From the NCBI GenBank assembly GCA_010909165.1, contig VJWM01000063.1, forward strand, positions 1,736,001-1,800,000: a DNA stretch of 64,000 nucleotides, written 5' to 3'. The stretch comes from Anthoceros angustus. Lineage: Eukaryota > Plantae > Anthocerotophyta. The notes beneath the pieces were generated by a model. The model searched no databases and was not told the DNA's origin. It saw only the letters and a list, made by a program, of their open reading frames with translations. Every line of letters begins with the position of its first letter. The stretch's first letter is position 1. The position numbers were made by a program, and so were the translations under genes. Shown piece after piece: positions 47,896 through 60,212 of this stretch.

Positions 47896-50800
47896 AGCAA
47901 GTGAGTTTGCTCACCATTTGGACCTTTGCAATTTTTATGAGCAGCTGATTTGCAGGTCTGCTCATGTGCTCTTGTTCCAATTCGTTATGCTGGATTTTCT
48001 CTTTACTGGCAGGTACTTGCTTGCTAACCGCTAGTTTTCCTTTGATTGTATTTAGTAATGTGTCTGTAAATGCGGTGTGTATGAGGGTTTGGTTTTCATT
48101 GCTGCTCACGTGCCATGGATCCCCCATTCCGGCCAGAAATCCATGCTAAGGAGGTCCCTTTTGGAGCTGATGAAGAGGGGACAAAGGAGCTACCCCACCA
48201 ACAGTTGGCCCTGGGTCTTTACAGTAGTCTAGGACGTCTGCAGGCTTGGTGTGCTTGGGATGTTCCTGGAGTTTTCCTTGCTACTTGATTTTTTGTCTCA
48301 TCATAGTCATGAGGTCTGTGGGACATGGTGTGTGTTTCTTGTTTCTTAAATAACATAATTGTGCACATTACACATTTGCTTTGGATGATGGCATTTGTGG
48401 TGTAAGTATTCCATGACTAACCTGGATGAACTTATGTTGTGCACATACAGTGTCGTGTTTTACAGGCTTTTTGGGTGACTTCCAAAGCCGGTAGATGCCA
48501 CACCCTGGCTAGCTACTTGCTAGTCTTTGCTCTGAACTCCTGTTGATTTCATATGCAATGTATTTCATTTGCCCATCCACGATCATTTGCAGCTAATTGC
48601 CTCTGAGTCTCGAGCACCATAAAAAGTTTGAGCTAATTCCAGCGAGTCGTGCAAGTCCTCAAACGAGGCAATTGGCAAGTCATTGTGGCTTGTATATATG
48701 CACATACACGCATGTCTTGTGGACAGTCTGGCACCTGATGAGCTTGCTGCTCTTTGGCTTAGTTTCTCACTTTTTTGATTGTTTGAGTGTAACAGGATGA
48801 GACCGTCTGGGATACAAATTTGGTAGCCTTGGGCTATTTTGGAAATTCTGATGGCATCGTGCCTTCCCCTTCTATTGAAGTAATTATTGCTTCAGTGGAT
48901 AAACCTGCTTTCCACCAAACTATGATTCATCTCGATAAAGAAGGAGTTGAAGATTGCACTATCCACGATACTGCACCTCAACTGATGAATGTGCTCGCAC
49001 TTGACGATTGGGTGAAGCTTGCTTGTGCTTTTGCTGAGGATCCGGCTGTTGGGATGGAGAAACTCCTCAAAGAGCATTCCTTGCTGCCTAAGTTTTTTGA
49101 ATCTGACGAGCAAAAGACTGAAGAGCTTGATGGAATGGCGTGGGTGGCGTCTGCCATGATGGAATGGCATGTGGGTGGCGTCCAACTTGAGCTATCTTGC
49201 TCCTATTAGTATGCAAACCTGGCAACTACCAGGCAATTTTTCAGACAAGGATGTGGATGCTTGCATGGAGCGTGCTCTCTCAAGCAATGTTCAGCTTGCC
49301 AATAGCATCAGGGTGGCTGCAAGGCCCCATATCACACATTTTGATATACCTTGCAAATATAATTAGACAATCGCTATGAGATCCAAAGGCATGATGCAGA
49401 TTGGCAATTTCAGGGAGAGGGGCACTCACGGACGGACTATGTGGAATTGGAATCGATGTTTGCCAAGTGCATCTACACTGATGATGGTGTTCCAAAAACA
49501 TGTTCCAGGTGATGCTCCTAACTGTGATCCTGGGGTTTTGTGGTTGGACCATATGATATGGTTCATGGGTAACCATCTCAACATTTTCTTCCTAGAGGAG
49601 ACGTCTCTCAGCATGCAATGGAATGCATTTCTAGTCTTTCTCTCTTTGCAGGCCAACAGAGAGTCGATCAAAGCCCAGATTTCGTTCATGTTCATATGTG
49701 AATGGATGATTAAAGTTGGGAAGCAACTTGCTAGCTAGGGACCCAACTCAATCCCTACTGGTTGACAAGGGCAACATGGCTAGGCCGCTTTACATTGAGA
49801 AGTTGTTGAAACTAGGCGCTTTCACTGAAGCCAGCAATCAGAAGGACCATGCACATGGCCTCCGCCCAAAACCTCGCTTCAATAGGTTAAGGGATGTCAT
49901 GGGAACCGAGCATATTCGAGTGGTCCGTCGATGTGGAAGCTCCAGGCCGCAATTTACACCATATCGTGGCGGTGGTAGGGGATTCTTCACCCCTAGCAGA
50001 CCACCAAGTGCTCCGTCTCCTTAGCGCACCGGAAGCTTTGCATCTCCTTCCCTTGGCACTTATTGGCTCTGTTCCCTCTTCAGGGATCATTTCTTCTCGT
50101 GGCACCTCTCGATCTGCACTGCAAGAGACTATGTCTTCCAACAAAATTGTATCTCGATGTGATCCCGCTTTTGGAAGACGGGACTTATCTCCTAAGTGGT
50201 AGATGGAGATGTAGCTGATTGTCCGGTTCTGTTTGTTTTTTTGACCTGGACAGACTCTTTGGATGCACCTCCTAATGGAATTTCTCGCAGTGTGCAAATT
50301 GATGAACTTGGTGGTTGCTTTTTGTTCACTGCCTTTGTGCAAGTCTTTGAGATTCTTAAAAAATGTGGACACTCTTTCCAGACTGAATGGATTGATCTTG
50401 CCAAAACTCAACTAACAGAATTGTGTTGGTTTCATATGAAAACTGCTGCCAAATGCAATAAGAGACGAAGCTGCACCAAAGACATGTCTTTGAAGAACCT
50501 TATGTCAAGGATGAAATCTCATGGTTATTATAGCACTTATATATCTCTAGCCTGGACAAAGCTGCTCACACTGCTTGCTTCATCTGCAAGAGACACATAA
50601 GGCAACAAGCACTGGAAAGACTGTCTAGTTTGGATTTTAAATCCCTAACTCTTTCTCCTCAGTCTTGCTTGGAGCAGATCCAGCGTGAGATTTCTCTTCT
50701 CCTTCCGAAGTTAGAGAATGATACGGAGGTTGGCTTATCATTCCTGATGGGCACTTTCAAGCAACACAAGTTGAAATACGATGGCTCACCAATACTCACA

Positions 50801-51095
50801 ACTTCTGCTTCTCTATTGTAGCTGATCTATTGACCATGGCCATTAAAGCTTTGTTCCTCGTGCTGAAAGAATGGGCAGCAATCATGCAAGACACCTACTA
50901 CAGATTCTTTAAGGTAACAAACCTCCTTGTATTGGATCACGGAGTCCACTTTGGATATGGCTTTAAACCTGCCAAACAAGCTGCATGATCTATTTGTGGC
51001 AGATATTGCACGCTGCTATGAGGCTATCCCGACTAGCAGTGACGATGCACTCAACACTGCTATTTTGGCAAACATTGGCTTGGCTTTTAAGCAAG

Positions 51096-54000
51096 GACAC
51101 CCCTTGCCCGGTCTGCTCTTAGCTTTGCTCTGGGGTCAAGGGGGTGAAATATCACATCGGGCACAAGCACAAGGATTTCGACAAGACTACTTGGGAGGCG
51201 CAAGTGCGGCTTGCATCTTCCTCTGGCGTAGTGGCTCACCCAATCCCTCTTCCGCCAGCCTCCCTTGGGCCGCCGTGAGAGTCTTGGGAGTGGCTTCGGA
51301 GGCAGTCCAACTACCTGCTGGCATTGTTTCACACTCGTTTCCCAAGCCCCCTTTTTCGGCAGCTCGCGAGGTGTCTTCACGATGATGTTCGCCTTGCATA
51401 CCGCCTTCTATTGGTTCGCCTTGCGTGGGACCCCAGGGATGAGGAGGCTTGGACTCTTTTCCTTTTCCTTCCTAGGTGGTGTCTTCGCCGCTCTAGGGGC
51501 GGTCCTTCAGGCCATAGGGAGGTGGCTTCCCACCTCCGCCGCTTTCGGGCGGGGAATTGGGAGGCTCTACAGGAGGAGGATCTTTTGGCAGCAAGATTTA
51601 GGTTAGGGTCAGCCAAGGTCGACAAGGTTTGTTCGGACCCTAGTAAGGCACATCTCCGAAGGTGTCATATGTTGGGTCGGAATGGTGAGTACGCGCGGGC
51701 CGCTAGGCCTCTCCGCCCGGAGCCGGTGGCGCCGGATTTCGAGGACATCATCGCTGCGCTCCGTGCCCTTCATCCGGCCCCCAGTGATAGCATTCCACAT
51801 AATATCTTCGACTTCGTGCCCGAGGAGCTTTTTCATCTAGACAAGGCGGTCTTTGGTCGGGCCCTCTCCACTGCCCCTCGTCTCTCCTCGGGTGGCCTGT
51901 CAGAGACAATTTATGACCACCTTCAAGATTATTTCTCCCCAGAGGATCCATCTAGTGATTTTTCAGAGCTTTTCATTCTGGCGGCGGCTATGGCCAAAGG
52001 CAAGGCCCCTCGCAGGATCTCCCAGGTCTTGGGGGCTTGCAGGTTATTAACTTTGGAGAAACCTACGTTGGGGGTGCGCCCTATTGTTGTCAGGGAGGTG
52101 TTCCTGCACCTTATCGACCGCAACATTGCGATTCGATCAACTTCGAGAGCACTTCGGGGAGCACCTTTGCCCCCACCAATTTGGGATTGCCACTCCAAGG
52201 GGTTGCGAGTCTGCGGCCTTTGGTATCCAGGCGATCCTCGAGTCTCAGCCACATTGGGTTGCCCAACAGATAGATGTTGAGAATGCCTTCAATACAATGT
52301 CTAAGGCCATCATTTTCTCAGAACTCAGGGACGCAGGTGGGCACCTAGCGAGCCTCATTCCATTTGTTCGCTCCTTCTACGGTTCTTTGTCCAATCTATA
52401 CTATCAACATGGTCCAGCTACGGAAGGCGTTTCGGTTCTCCACTCGGCGATGGGCACAAGGCAAGGGGATCTATTGGGAGGCGCCCTCTTCGCCATGGTG
52501 CATTTCAGGGCGCTGTCCTCCACAGCCTCTGCAGTCCGGGAGTGCCTTTTCCCATCCGTGACTGACGATACCCATATCCTTGGGCTAGGGGACAAGGTGA
52601 GGGCTGTCTTTGACCTCTTCTCCTTGGATCTCTCCCGTATGGGATTAAGGGTCAAGATTGATAAGGGCAAGGTGTGGTCCCCTTCCGGCAATACACCCCC
52701 TCTTCATTATCCAGGGGGGGATATTATTTCTCCGCAAGGGCTTCGGGTCCTCGGAGTTCCGCTGGGTCCCCCTGATTTTATTCAAGGATTTGTGGACGTG
52801 GCTCTGGAAGAAGAAGTGGCTCACATTGGGGACCTTTCACAAATTGGGGACCCTTAGGTTGCGTTTGGTATTTTGTCTTCCTACTTCGCGCGTCGACCTG
52901 GATATCTTACCAGGACGGTTGCTCCACCCCTGGCGTTTTTATCAAGCTTTGAGACATTTTGATATGCAGGTTATGCAAGCGCTTGGGGACATTATAGGCC
53001 TCAGCACCTTCGAATGCGCCGATGGTGACTTGGCGCGGAAACAGGCATCATTGCTAGTGGCCTTTGCAGGCACTGGCTTCCTGGCCATGGAGGCCTCGGC
53101 CCCGGCAGCCTTCCTCGGGAGTTGGGCCCTCTCTGCCCCAATTTTGGCCTCTCGGTTCTTAATGCAGGACTCTCCTCTTCTAGAAGCCTTCGTCTCGAGT
53201 GTTGAGGAGGGGCCTCCCTGTGTCTCTCTCTTAGGGCTAGGGACAAGGTGAGGCCGCTTTGACCTCTTCTCGGATCTCTCCGTATGGGATTAAGGGTCAA
53301 GATTGATAAGGGCAAGGTGGTCCCTTCCGCAATACACCCTCTTCATTATCCGTGGGGATATTATTTCTCCGCAAGGGCTTCGGTCCTGAGTTCACTGGGT
53401 CCCCGATTTATTCAAGGATTTGTGGACGTGGCTCGGAAGAAGAAGTGGCTCACATTGGGGACCTTTCACAAATTGGGGACCCTTAGGTTGCTTTTGGTAT
53501 TTTGTCTTCCTACTGGCCGACTGGATATCTTACCGTGATTGCTCCACCGGCGCTTTTATCAAGCTTTGAGACATTTTGATATGCAGGTTATGCAAGCGCT
53601 TGGGGACATTATAGGCCTCAAGACCTTCGAATGCGCCGATGGTGACTTACGGAACAGCATCATCAGCTAGTGGCCTTGCAGCACCGGCTTCCCGGCCATG
53701 GAGGCCTCGGCCCGGCAGCCTGGAGTTGGGCCCTCCGCCCAATTTTGGCCTCTCGGTTCTTAATGCGTGACTCTCCTCTCTAGAAGCCTGCCTCGAGTGT
53801 GTTGAGGAGGGGCCTCCCTGGTGTCTCTCAGTGTGCTAGGGACTCCCTTTCCTTAGAGGCTAGGGAAGCCATGCCTCCTTTTTCTTCTTTCTCCAGGGAA
53901 AGGATGCTTGGCCTTCAAGCCTCTCTCCAGGAGAAGCAATATTTACAGGCGCAAAGAGCCCTCCTTGTGGACTCCTCCATTCCCAGGTCTTCGCAAGCCC

Positions 54001-54893
54001 ACCTGCGTTCCTATTCGGGGAAGGGGGCAGCTCCTAGCTTCTGGCTCGGCCTTGCATTTTGGCATTCCGAATCGCACTAGCGCCCTTTTCGACCGCGATG
54101 AGGGTCTGCCTCGGTTTGGCTCATCCTGTGGCCTCTTCTCTTTCCACATGCAGTTGTGGAGCTGCCATCGACGATTCCGGGCCCCATTTGGCCCGTTGTG
54201 CCATGGGGGGGCAATGTACTGCTACGCATGACGCCGTTCGCGATGTCATGTTTTCGATAACAAAGGAGGAGCGGATTTTTTCCGTACAGCGAGCGCCCAT
54301 ATACATTGCGTAATGGCATGTCACTTAGGGCGGACCTTTTTTATACTAGAGGGGAGCAAATTTACATCGCTGATGTGGTTGTTACAGATCCTGCTAGAGC
54401 CTCTATATGCGAGCACGTCATCATCCACCCCCTGGGCTGGGCGGCAGAAGGATGCGCAACCAACAAGACTCACAAGTACTCTCATATGCAAGACGGCCAT
54501 GTTTTCTTCCCTCTCGCCCTCGAGACTCATGGGGCTATGGGCAAGGACTTCTCTAGGTTAATTAAGGAGTGCAAAGCCTGCCTCGAGTGTTGAGGAGGGG
54601 CCTCCTTCCTATGTGGTGGCTTCTTCGCCGGTTTCCATAGCTCGCAAAGCGCTAACGCTGTTTATAGGACTTGCCACGTGCAAGACTAGCGGCTTCTTCG
54701 GCACCGGTGATAGGTGGGCCCTTCATCATCCCTGATCATGATATCATTGGTGCAGTAGGTAGTTACGAGAAAGGTATTTGAGGAGACTAAGACTTCCCCT
54801 TTTACTATTAGCCCTTTTTGGGTTGTTCCTCCTCAGACTTCAGGGGTAGATGGGATTTCCCATCTCGCCTATTAATAACGTCTACTCTACTCT
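51096..54893 (+). mobile_element. CRE-clade non-LTR retrotransposon (RT, CCHC, restriction-like endonuclease) with 12-bp TSD
   Basis: GVRPIVV, QFGIA..GCE, IDVENAFN, GTRQGDLLGGALF, VTDDTHIL, CSCG..DDSGPHLARC..THDAVRD, RADL..IADVVV..KTHKY..FFPLALETHG. TSD CTTTTAAGCAAG at 51084-51095 and 54894-54905. Confidence 0.85.
52582..53829. repeat. ~620-bp tandem duplication inside the CRE RT; second copy riddled with 1-3 nt deletions
   Basis: 52582-53230 is repeated at 53234-53829, with GCTAGGGAC at the junctions. Confidence 0.85.
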
Positions 54894-55559
54894 CTTTTAA
54901 GCAAGTGAACAAGGGCCACACATCCCAGCAACAGCTACTTCTGCATGTCTGTTTTGACCACAGCTCTTCTCAATTCACGTAGACCTCTTGGGCAAGTAAG
55001 CCTCCAAGAGGCTCCAACTCTACCTACTTGTCTTTTACATAGGAGCGCTTGGGTGCTATCCACTGCTAGCTTATGCATCACTGCTTTGTCCAATTTGGTA
55101 GTAGTGTTTAGCTGCAGCATCTTGGTATACCTATGGGGTTCTTTTGCTCCCCCAGTGGTGCAATTTATATTTTTTTCATTGTGAAGCACAGTTCTTTCGC
55201 AGATTGGCTTAGCTTGGAAGACCTGACCTCATGGCCTTTTTCGAACATGCTCGGAGATATACAGTCGACCTGTGTTGGTTTAACACAAGGATCCCTAATC
55301 AATTCTAGGACCCGGATACACCGAGGACCCCAAATTCGCCATTCTGGATTTATTCCTTGGATGTGGTGGCTATTGAACCCGAGATCCAAAAGTTTTGGGG
55401 AAGATTTGGAAGGTAACAAGATTGGCATTGCTGCTCACTTCTTATCTTTTCAGTTCAATATCACAGACCCTATGAGTGGACTGTTTTCTTTCACCAAGTT
55501 TGATAAAAGAAGGGCACTCCCCTTCAAGTGTGCTCAGTTCATTCACTTGGAGTCGAACA

Positions 55560-55770
55560 GAGCTGAGCTCCTCCTTCCCTCACGCGCCTAGCCCCTCTGG
55601 CACGCCGCTGTCTCCTCGCTCCAATCCTTTGAGAGCACATGTGGAGCAGGGCTATCTCTCCCCTACTTCATAGTGTTCTTTCGGCAACTGGTGTCCATTG
55701 CCCTCCAAAAAGGTATTTGTAGAAGCTATCTTATGGACAATAGCGACATTTGTAAAAGATGTTTTCTCGA
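55560..55770 (+). mobile_element. Second, 5'-truncated CRE-like 3' fragment
   Basis: YFIVFFRQLVSIALQKG matches the CRE C-terminal FRQRxSIALQ motif. It begins where PLE similarity ends. Confidence 0.5.
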
Positions 55771-55780
55771 CTAGTCTCGG

Positions 55781-55940
55781 TAATATGTAGACCATTCAAT
55801 CTCCCTAGTTATGATATTATAAGCCTTGTTGGTGACCTTAATATGTAGATCATTCAATTTCCCTAGTTATGATATTATAGACATTGTCGGTAATATTAAT
55901 ATGTAGACCATTCAATTTCCCTAATTATGACATTATAGGG
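55781..55940. repeat. ~58-bp tandem repeat x3
   Basis: TAATATGTAGA(C/T)CATTCAAT(C/T)TCCCTA(G/A)TTATGA(T/C)ATTATA repeated three times. Confidence 0.85.
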
Positions 55941-56549
55941 GGTTGTACGTGACTTTAGACATAAAAACCTATTTGCTCTTTTTACCGTAACCCTAGGATC
56001 TCCTTTGACGTCCTTTAGTAGATTGGGGTTCACCCATCTCTCTCCTTAATAAAATCGTACGATGTACGATGAGTTTGTGGAAGAGGGGAAAGGTTGTATT
56101 CACACGTGAGCAGATGGTGATCCGTTAGCACGTCCCGACTAGAGGACGTTACGATAACGAATACATAAAGGGGGGAGGGTTGAGGAAAGAATCCGTTTCG
56201 AACGGCAGATGGCGTGACCGAGGTAAATAGGGTTGGTTGGCGCACTGTCGGTCGGTCGGTCTTTGGTTTTCGTTGCGATCGCATCGGCTGGCCATCGAGC
56301 GCTGCTTCCCTTCCCAGATCTGATTTTCCGTTGCCGTTGCCGTCTAATCCCATGCGCGTGATCGAGGCAGAGTGTGGCGATTTGCCGGCTGCCGCATTCT
56401 CCTTGCGCTGCAGGCTGTGGATCTGGTTGCACCAGGAGCGGGGCTGGGAGATGAAGATGCGAGACAGGCAGAGCGCGGATCAGATGTTGTGGTGAGGGAG
56501 CAGGAGGCGGAGAGGTAGATGCCGCAGGAGCCGGCCTGAGCCCTGAGAT

Positions 56550-57473
56550 ATGGGGGTTTTGCCGAATCTGATCTACTTTGCAGGAGTGGCAAGGGGGAGC
56601 GTGCTGCTGGCGGAGTACAGCGATGGAGAGCCGGAACTGGCGCAGGTGTGCGTGCAGCAGCTGGAAAGAGTGGCAGGAAATCACAGCCGGTACAATTACA
56701 CCAGCAGGGGTCGGATGATCAGCTGCCTCATGCACCACGGCTTCAGCTTCTGCGGAGTGATTGATGAGGCCCTGGGGACGCAGGATGCCTTCAAGTTTCT
56801 GGGTGAGGTCAGGGACGCGTTCTGGAAGTTTCTGAGCTGGCGGGGGCTGCCGCAGGACGGGGCCGGCCTGGCGGCCTTGAGTCTGGACGTGGATTTCGGG
56901 CCTATTCTGAAGCGGCTGGCGGCGCCTTACGTCGGCATTCCGCAGCAGCAGAGTGCGGGGCAGGAGGAGGAGGAGTTTCCGGCGGGGGAGAACGGGGAAG
57001 CGGGGGGCCGGGCTGATGCTCTTCCGCCGTTTAGTAGCGATTTGAATGCGTCGCAGGAGTCGGTTGCGCTAAATGTTGCAGCTCATAGGAAGGAGAAGGA
57101 CGGGGGAGAGAGGAAATTATCTGCGTGCTCGCCGCTGGGAGGAGGCAAGGGAAAGAAGCAGGAGAAGAGGAAGGCGAAGGATCTTGTGACGCAGAGTAAG
57201 GAGATCGTGATGGAGAGCAGTGGGAGGCTGGCACCGGGTAAGGGTGATTCGGTGGAGGTGGTGGTGGCAGGGCCTTCCAGATCGGGTGAATTGAGTCTGC
57301 GGATGAATGGCCATGTGGATTCCCGGGTGAAGGGCCACCAATTAGCACAGCGGACGTGGTGGAGCAACGTCAAGTTTGTGCTGTTTCTGGATGTGATAGT
57401 GTGTGTTATACTGTTTGCAGTGTGGCTTGGGATCTGCAGAGGTTTCCAATGCTTGTCCAGGAGGAATGGATGA
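56550..57473 (+). CDS. Phytolongin (longin domain plus C-terminal TM), intronless, 307 aa
   Basis: LIYFAGVARGSVLLAEY longin start, GFSFCGVIDEALG..AFKFL, and C-terminal WWSNVKFVLFLDVIVCVILFAVWLGICRGFQC. Confidence 0.85.
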   Translation: MGVLPNLIYFAGVARGSVLLAEYSDGEPELAQVCVQQLERVAGNHSRYNYTSRGRMISCLMHHGFSFCGVIDEALGTQDAFKFLGEVRDAFWKFLSWRGLPQDGAGLAALSLDVDFGPILKRLAAPYVGIPQQQSAGQEEEEFPAGENGEAGGRADALPPFSSDLNASQESVALNVAAHRKEKDGGERKLSACSPLGGGKGKKQEKRKAKDLVTQSKEIVMESSGRLAPGKGDSVEVVVAGPSRSGELSLRMNGHVDSRVKGHQLAQRTWWSNVKFVLFLDVIVCVILFAVWLGICRGFQCLSRRNG

Positions 57474-59098
57474 CAATGCAGGTATTGGAGGTTGTAGAGG
57501 ATTTAATTTCGGGGTTGCACAATACATTTATTTACTACTGTGGTGATGAACCAAGAAGCGCTGGAGCTTGGCAGGAGACACGTGTCGGTGCAAGCTGTGG
57601 GAGCCTGCTCTTGTCCGGGTTCAGCTGGTTGGTAGCCAGCCTAGTTCATGACAGCCGCCAAGGTGTTGGTGATCAGTGTCTCGTTTTCAGCGACACTTGT
57701 GAGGCCAGGGGGCTGCTTCAATCCGACATCATGACCGCACATTTTTCAAGCAACCTGGGCGAAGCTTAAGGAAATCCAGTTTCAGGATTTCCATCTTGAA
57801 CAGACCCGTGTACAGTCTCTGAAAGTTTTCCTCTTGACTCCCATCCAAGTGACAAGACATGGGTAGCATCTCCACTGGAGCTGCATGTGGGAGGAATTCA
57901 CGCATCGGGAGTCTACAGGAAACTACATTATTTGTGTGGCACTGTTCCACCGCCAATGCAGGGGGCGAACGTGTGTTGTGAAGTTGGTTTTTCAGTTCGG
58001 GAGCTTTAGAACTCCAGTTTGGTTAAATCAGAGCTAGCTATTGCCGTTCTTTTCTACAGCGCTGGTGAAAGAAGTGATGAAATGATGTTAACTCATATAC
58101 CTATTCGAGACTTGGGTTGTAAGTAAACCTTGGGAACTGCCATCTTCGGAAGTGGATTCGTTTGACTCTCTCCTGCTGCTTTCAGCACAGGTGCTGCCAG
58201 CTCGAACCTGCACAGTGCGGTTTTTATGTACGATCCAGTCTGCGCTAAATCTGCAAGTTATCTGTAGACCGAGTGGCTGCCCTAGACCCCGAACTTTCGT
58301 GGATCTTACGTTGACACCGCTGTATCTGTGGTTGGAAGAGTAAAGTACGCGGACGACCCGGCTAGGCAAGGCATAGGCAACCCTGGTTTGCATTGTGACG
58401 CAGTCAAAGCGAAGTTTCCGCATCCAACGGGGACAAGAACCCGAGTGGAAGGTCAGGTACTGCAAGTGCCGCCGCCGATCACATGTGCCATCCATGTGGT
58501 TCTCATCCAATTCAGGAAGCGAGGATGAACACAAACGACGAGAGGGCGACGAAATCGTTAGACTGGAAAAACAATTGTAGTCCAAGTCTCGCATACTCAT
58601 GTATCATGGTGTAGTATGCCAGAATGTGTGGTACAAAACCTGGATCAATAAATGGCTGTTGTTACAAACGAAGACTACGAAGACTGTTGCAACTGAGGTC
58701 CCATAGCTGTGGGCATCAAGAGAAGGTGGACAGTTTCGTCAGGCAAACATCGCATAGCATTGCATGGAGCACAGTCTTCTTCCCGCCCTGGATATTTACA
58801 TGAGTGATCTTGGTGTGTCAAGTCACACACATCTCTGACCACTTCTTCTCCGCGGCTGGGCTCATCAGTAAACGTGTTCTTGTCTAAAAGAGGGCGAGGT
58901 ACATTCATCCACCCATTGTGTGCAGCACTGCATGAACACCGATACCTCTCCTTTTCCTTCACTTCCACCGGCACCAGGTGATGCTCAGGGCAAGAAAGTC
59001 ATCACCCATCCCGCCCCTGCAGAGATGCACCACTTCCTATCCCCCGCTGCCCTGTACATCCATCCCCAACCCCGGAGGGATTCATTCATGCAGGATTA

Positions 59099-59983
59099 TC
59101 ACCTGCCTCGCAGGCACTTGAACCCTCCGCAGATCCCAAGCCAGATGAAAAACAGAACCAAACACACAACCACATCCAGCAGCAGCACCAGCTTCACATT
59201 CCGCCACCACGTCCTCTGCGCGGGGGTTTGGATCCCTTTAGTCCTCCCCGCGCCGTGGTGGCCATTCATCTGATACTCCCCGGCCGCGGAAGACCCGCCC
59301 CCGGCCACCAGGATCTCCAGCCTCTCCCCCTTGTCCAGAAGCTGGCCGGCGTTCCCCATCATGATCTCCTTCACCTCGCTCACCTGGTCCTTCACCTTCC
59401 GCTTCTCCGACTTGGAACCCTTGCCCCGCATCGGCGCAAAGGGACACCCGGATCTGCCCCCCCGCCCCCCGATCTCCTGCCCCTGCGCCTGCGACGAGCC
59501 TTCCTCCTCCGGCGGCGATGCCCCGACCAGCGGCTCCTCCTCCCCGCCCGCCTCCCGCTGCATGCACGCCGCCCGGTCCAGCTCCTCCTGCGGGATCCCG
59601 ACGAACGGCGCCGCCAGGCGCCGCAGCACCGGCACGAACTCCGCGTCCAGGCTGTGCGCTCCCAAACCCTCGCCGTCCCCTGGCAGCCCCCGCCGCTTGA
59701 GCAGTTTCCGCAGCGCGTCCCGCACCTCCTCCAGGAACCGGAACGCGTCCGCCTTGCTCAGCGCCTCGTCCCCTATTGCACTGAAGATGAAGCCGTCCTC
59801 CATCAGGCAGCTGAACATCCGCCCGTTCACCGTGAGCGAGTACCGGCTATGATTCGTCGTCGCCTTCTCCAGCTGCTGCGCGCAGTCCCCCGCCAGGTCC
59901 GTCTCCCCGTCCACATACTCCGCCAGCACCACGCTCCCCCTCGCCACCCCCGCCAGGTATATCAGGTTCGGCAGCGGCCCCAT
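59099..59983 (-). CDS. Phytolongin paralog, intronless, retaining a partial synaptobrevin-like segment
   Basis: MGPLPNLIYLAGVARGSVVLAEY.., KVKDQVSEVKEIMMGNAGQLLDKGERLEILV and WWRNVKLVLLLDVVVCLVLFFIWLGICGGFKC. The first true ATG is at 59983. Confidence 0.85.
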   Translation of the reverse strand: MGPLPNLIYLAGVARGSVVLAEYVDGETDLAGDCAQQLEKATTNHSRYSLTVNGRMFSCLMEDGFIFSAIGDEALSKADAFRFLEEVRDALRKLLKRRGLPGDGEGLGAHSLDAEFVPVLRRLAAPFVGIPQEELDRAACMQREAGGEEEPLVGASPPEEEGSSQAQGQEIGGRGGRSGCPFAPMRGKGSKSEKRKVKDQVSEVKEIMMGNAGQLLDKGERLEILVAGGGSSAAGEYQMNGHHGAGRTKGIQTPAQRTWWRNVKLVLLLDVVVCLVLFFIWLGICGGFKCLRGR

Positions 59984-60212
59984 CTTGGAGAGCAACGGCC
60001 TCTCCGGTTCTCCCTCACACCGCCCTCTTCTCCTTCTTCACCTCCTTCCTCCTCCTTCCCCCCTCTCCAAGAGCATCCGCAGAATCACAATCTCACCTCA
60101 CCTCATCGCCTCACCACACCGGTCTGTTCACAACACCAAATGCAGACACCAAACGCAGCACATGCAAACAACCGCATTTCGTCTGCTCTGCAAGAAGGCC
60201 TCGCGCCTCACG

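Larger units (their letters stand above)
48820..55560 (+). mobile_element. Decayed Penelope-like retroelement (RT core 50600-51095 and 54906-55560), interrupted by a CRE element
   Basis: LSFLMGTFKQHKLK..W, LFVADIARCYEAIP, CFVQFGSSV*LQHLGIPMGFFCSP, RRYTVDLCWFN and KFDKRRALPF..SN follow the PLE RT pattern. The frame is continuous once the CRE insert is removed. The 5' boundary is approximate. Confidence 0.7.

Noticed and set aside
46820-48760. Hammerhead ribozyme in the PLE-associated repeats
   Set aside because: CTGATGA at ~48166 and ~48736 and CTGACCA in the 53-bp unit are not followed by a stem II plus GAAA core.
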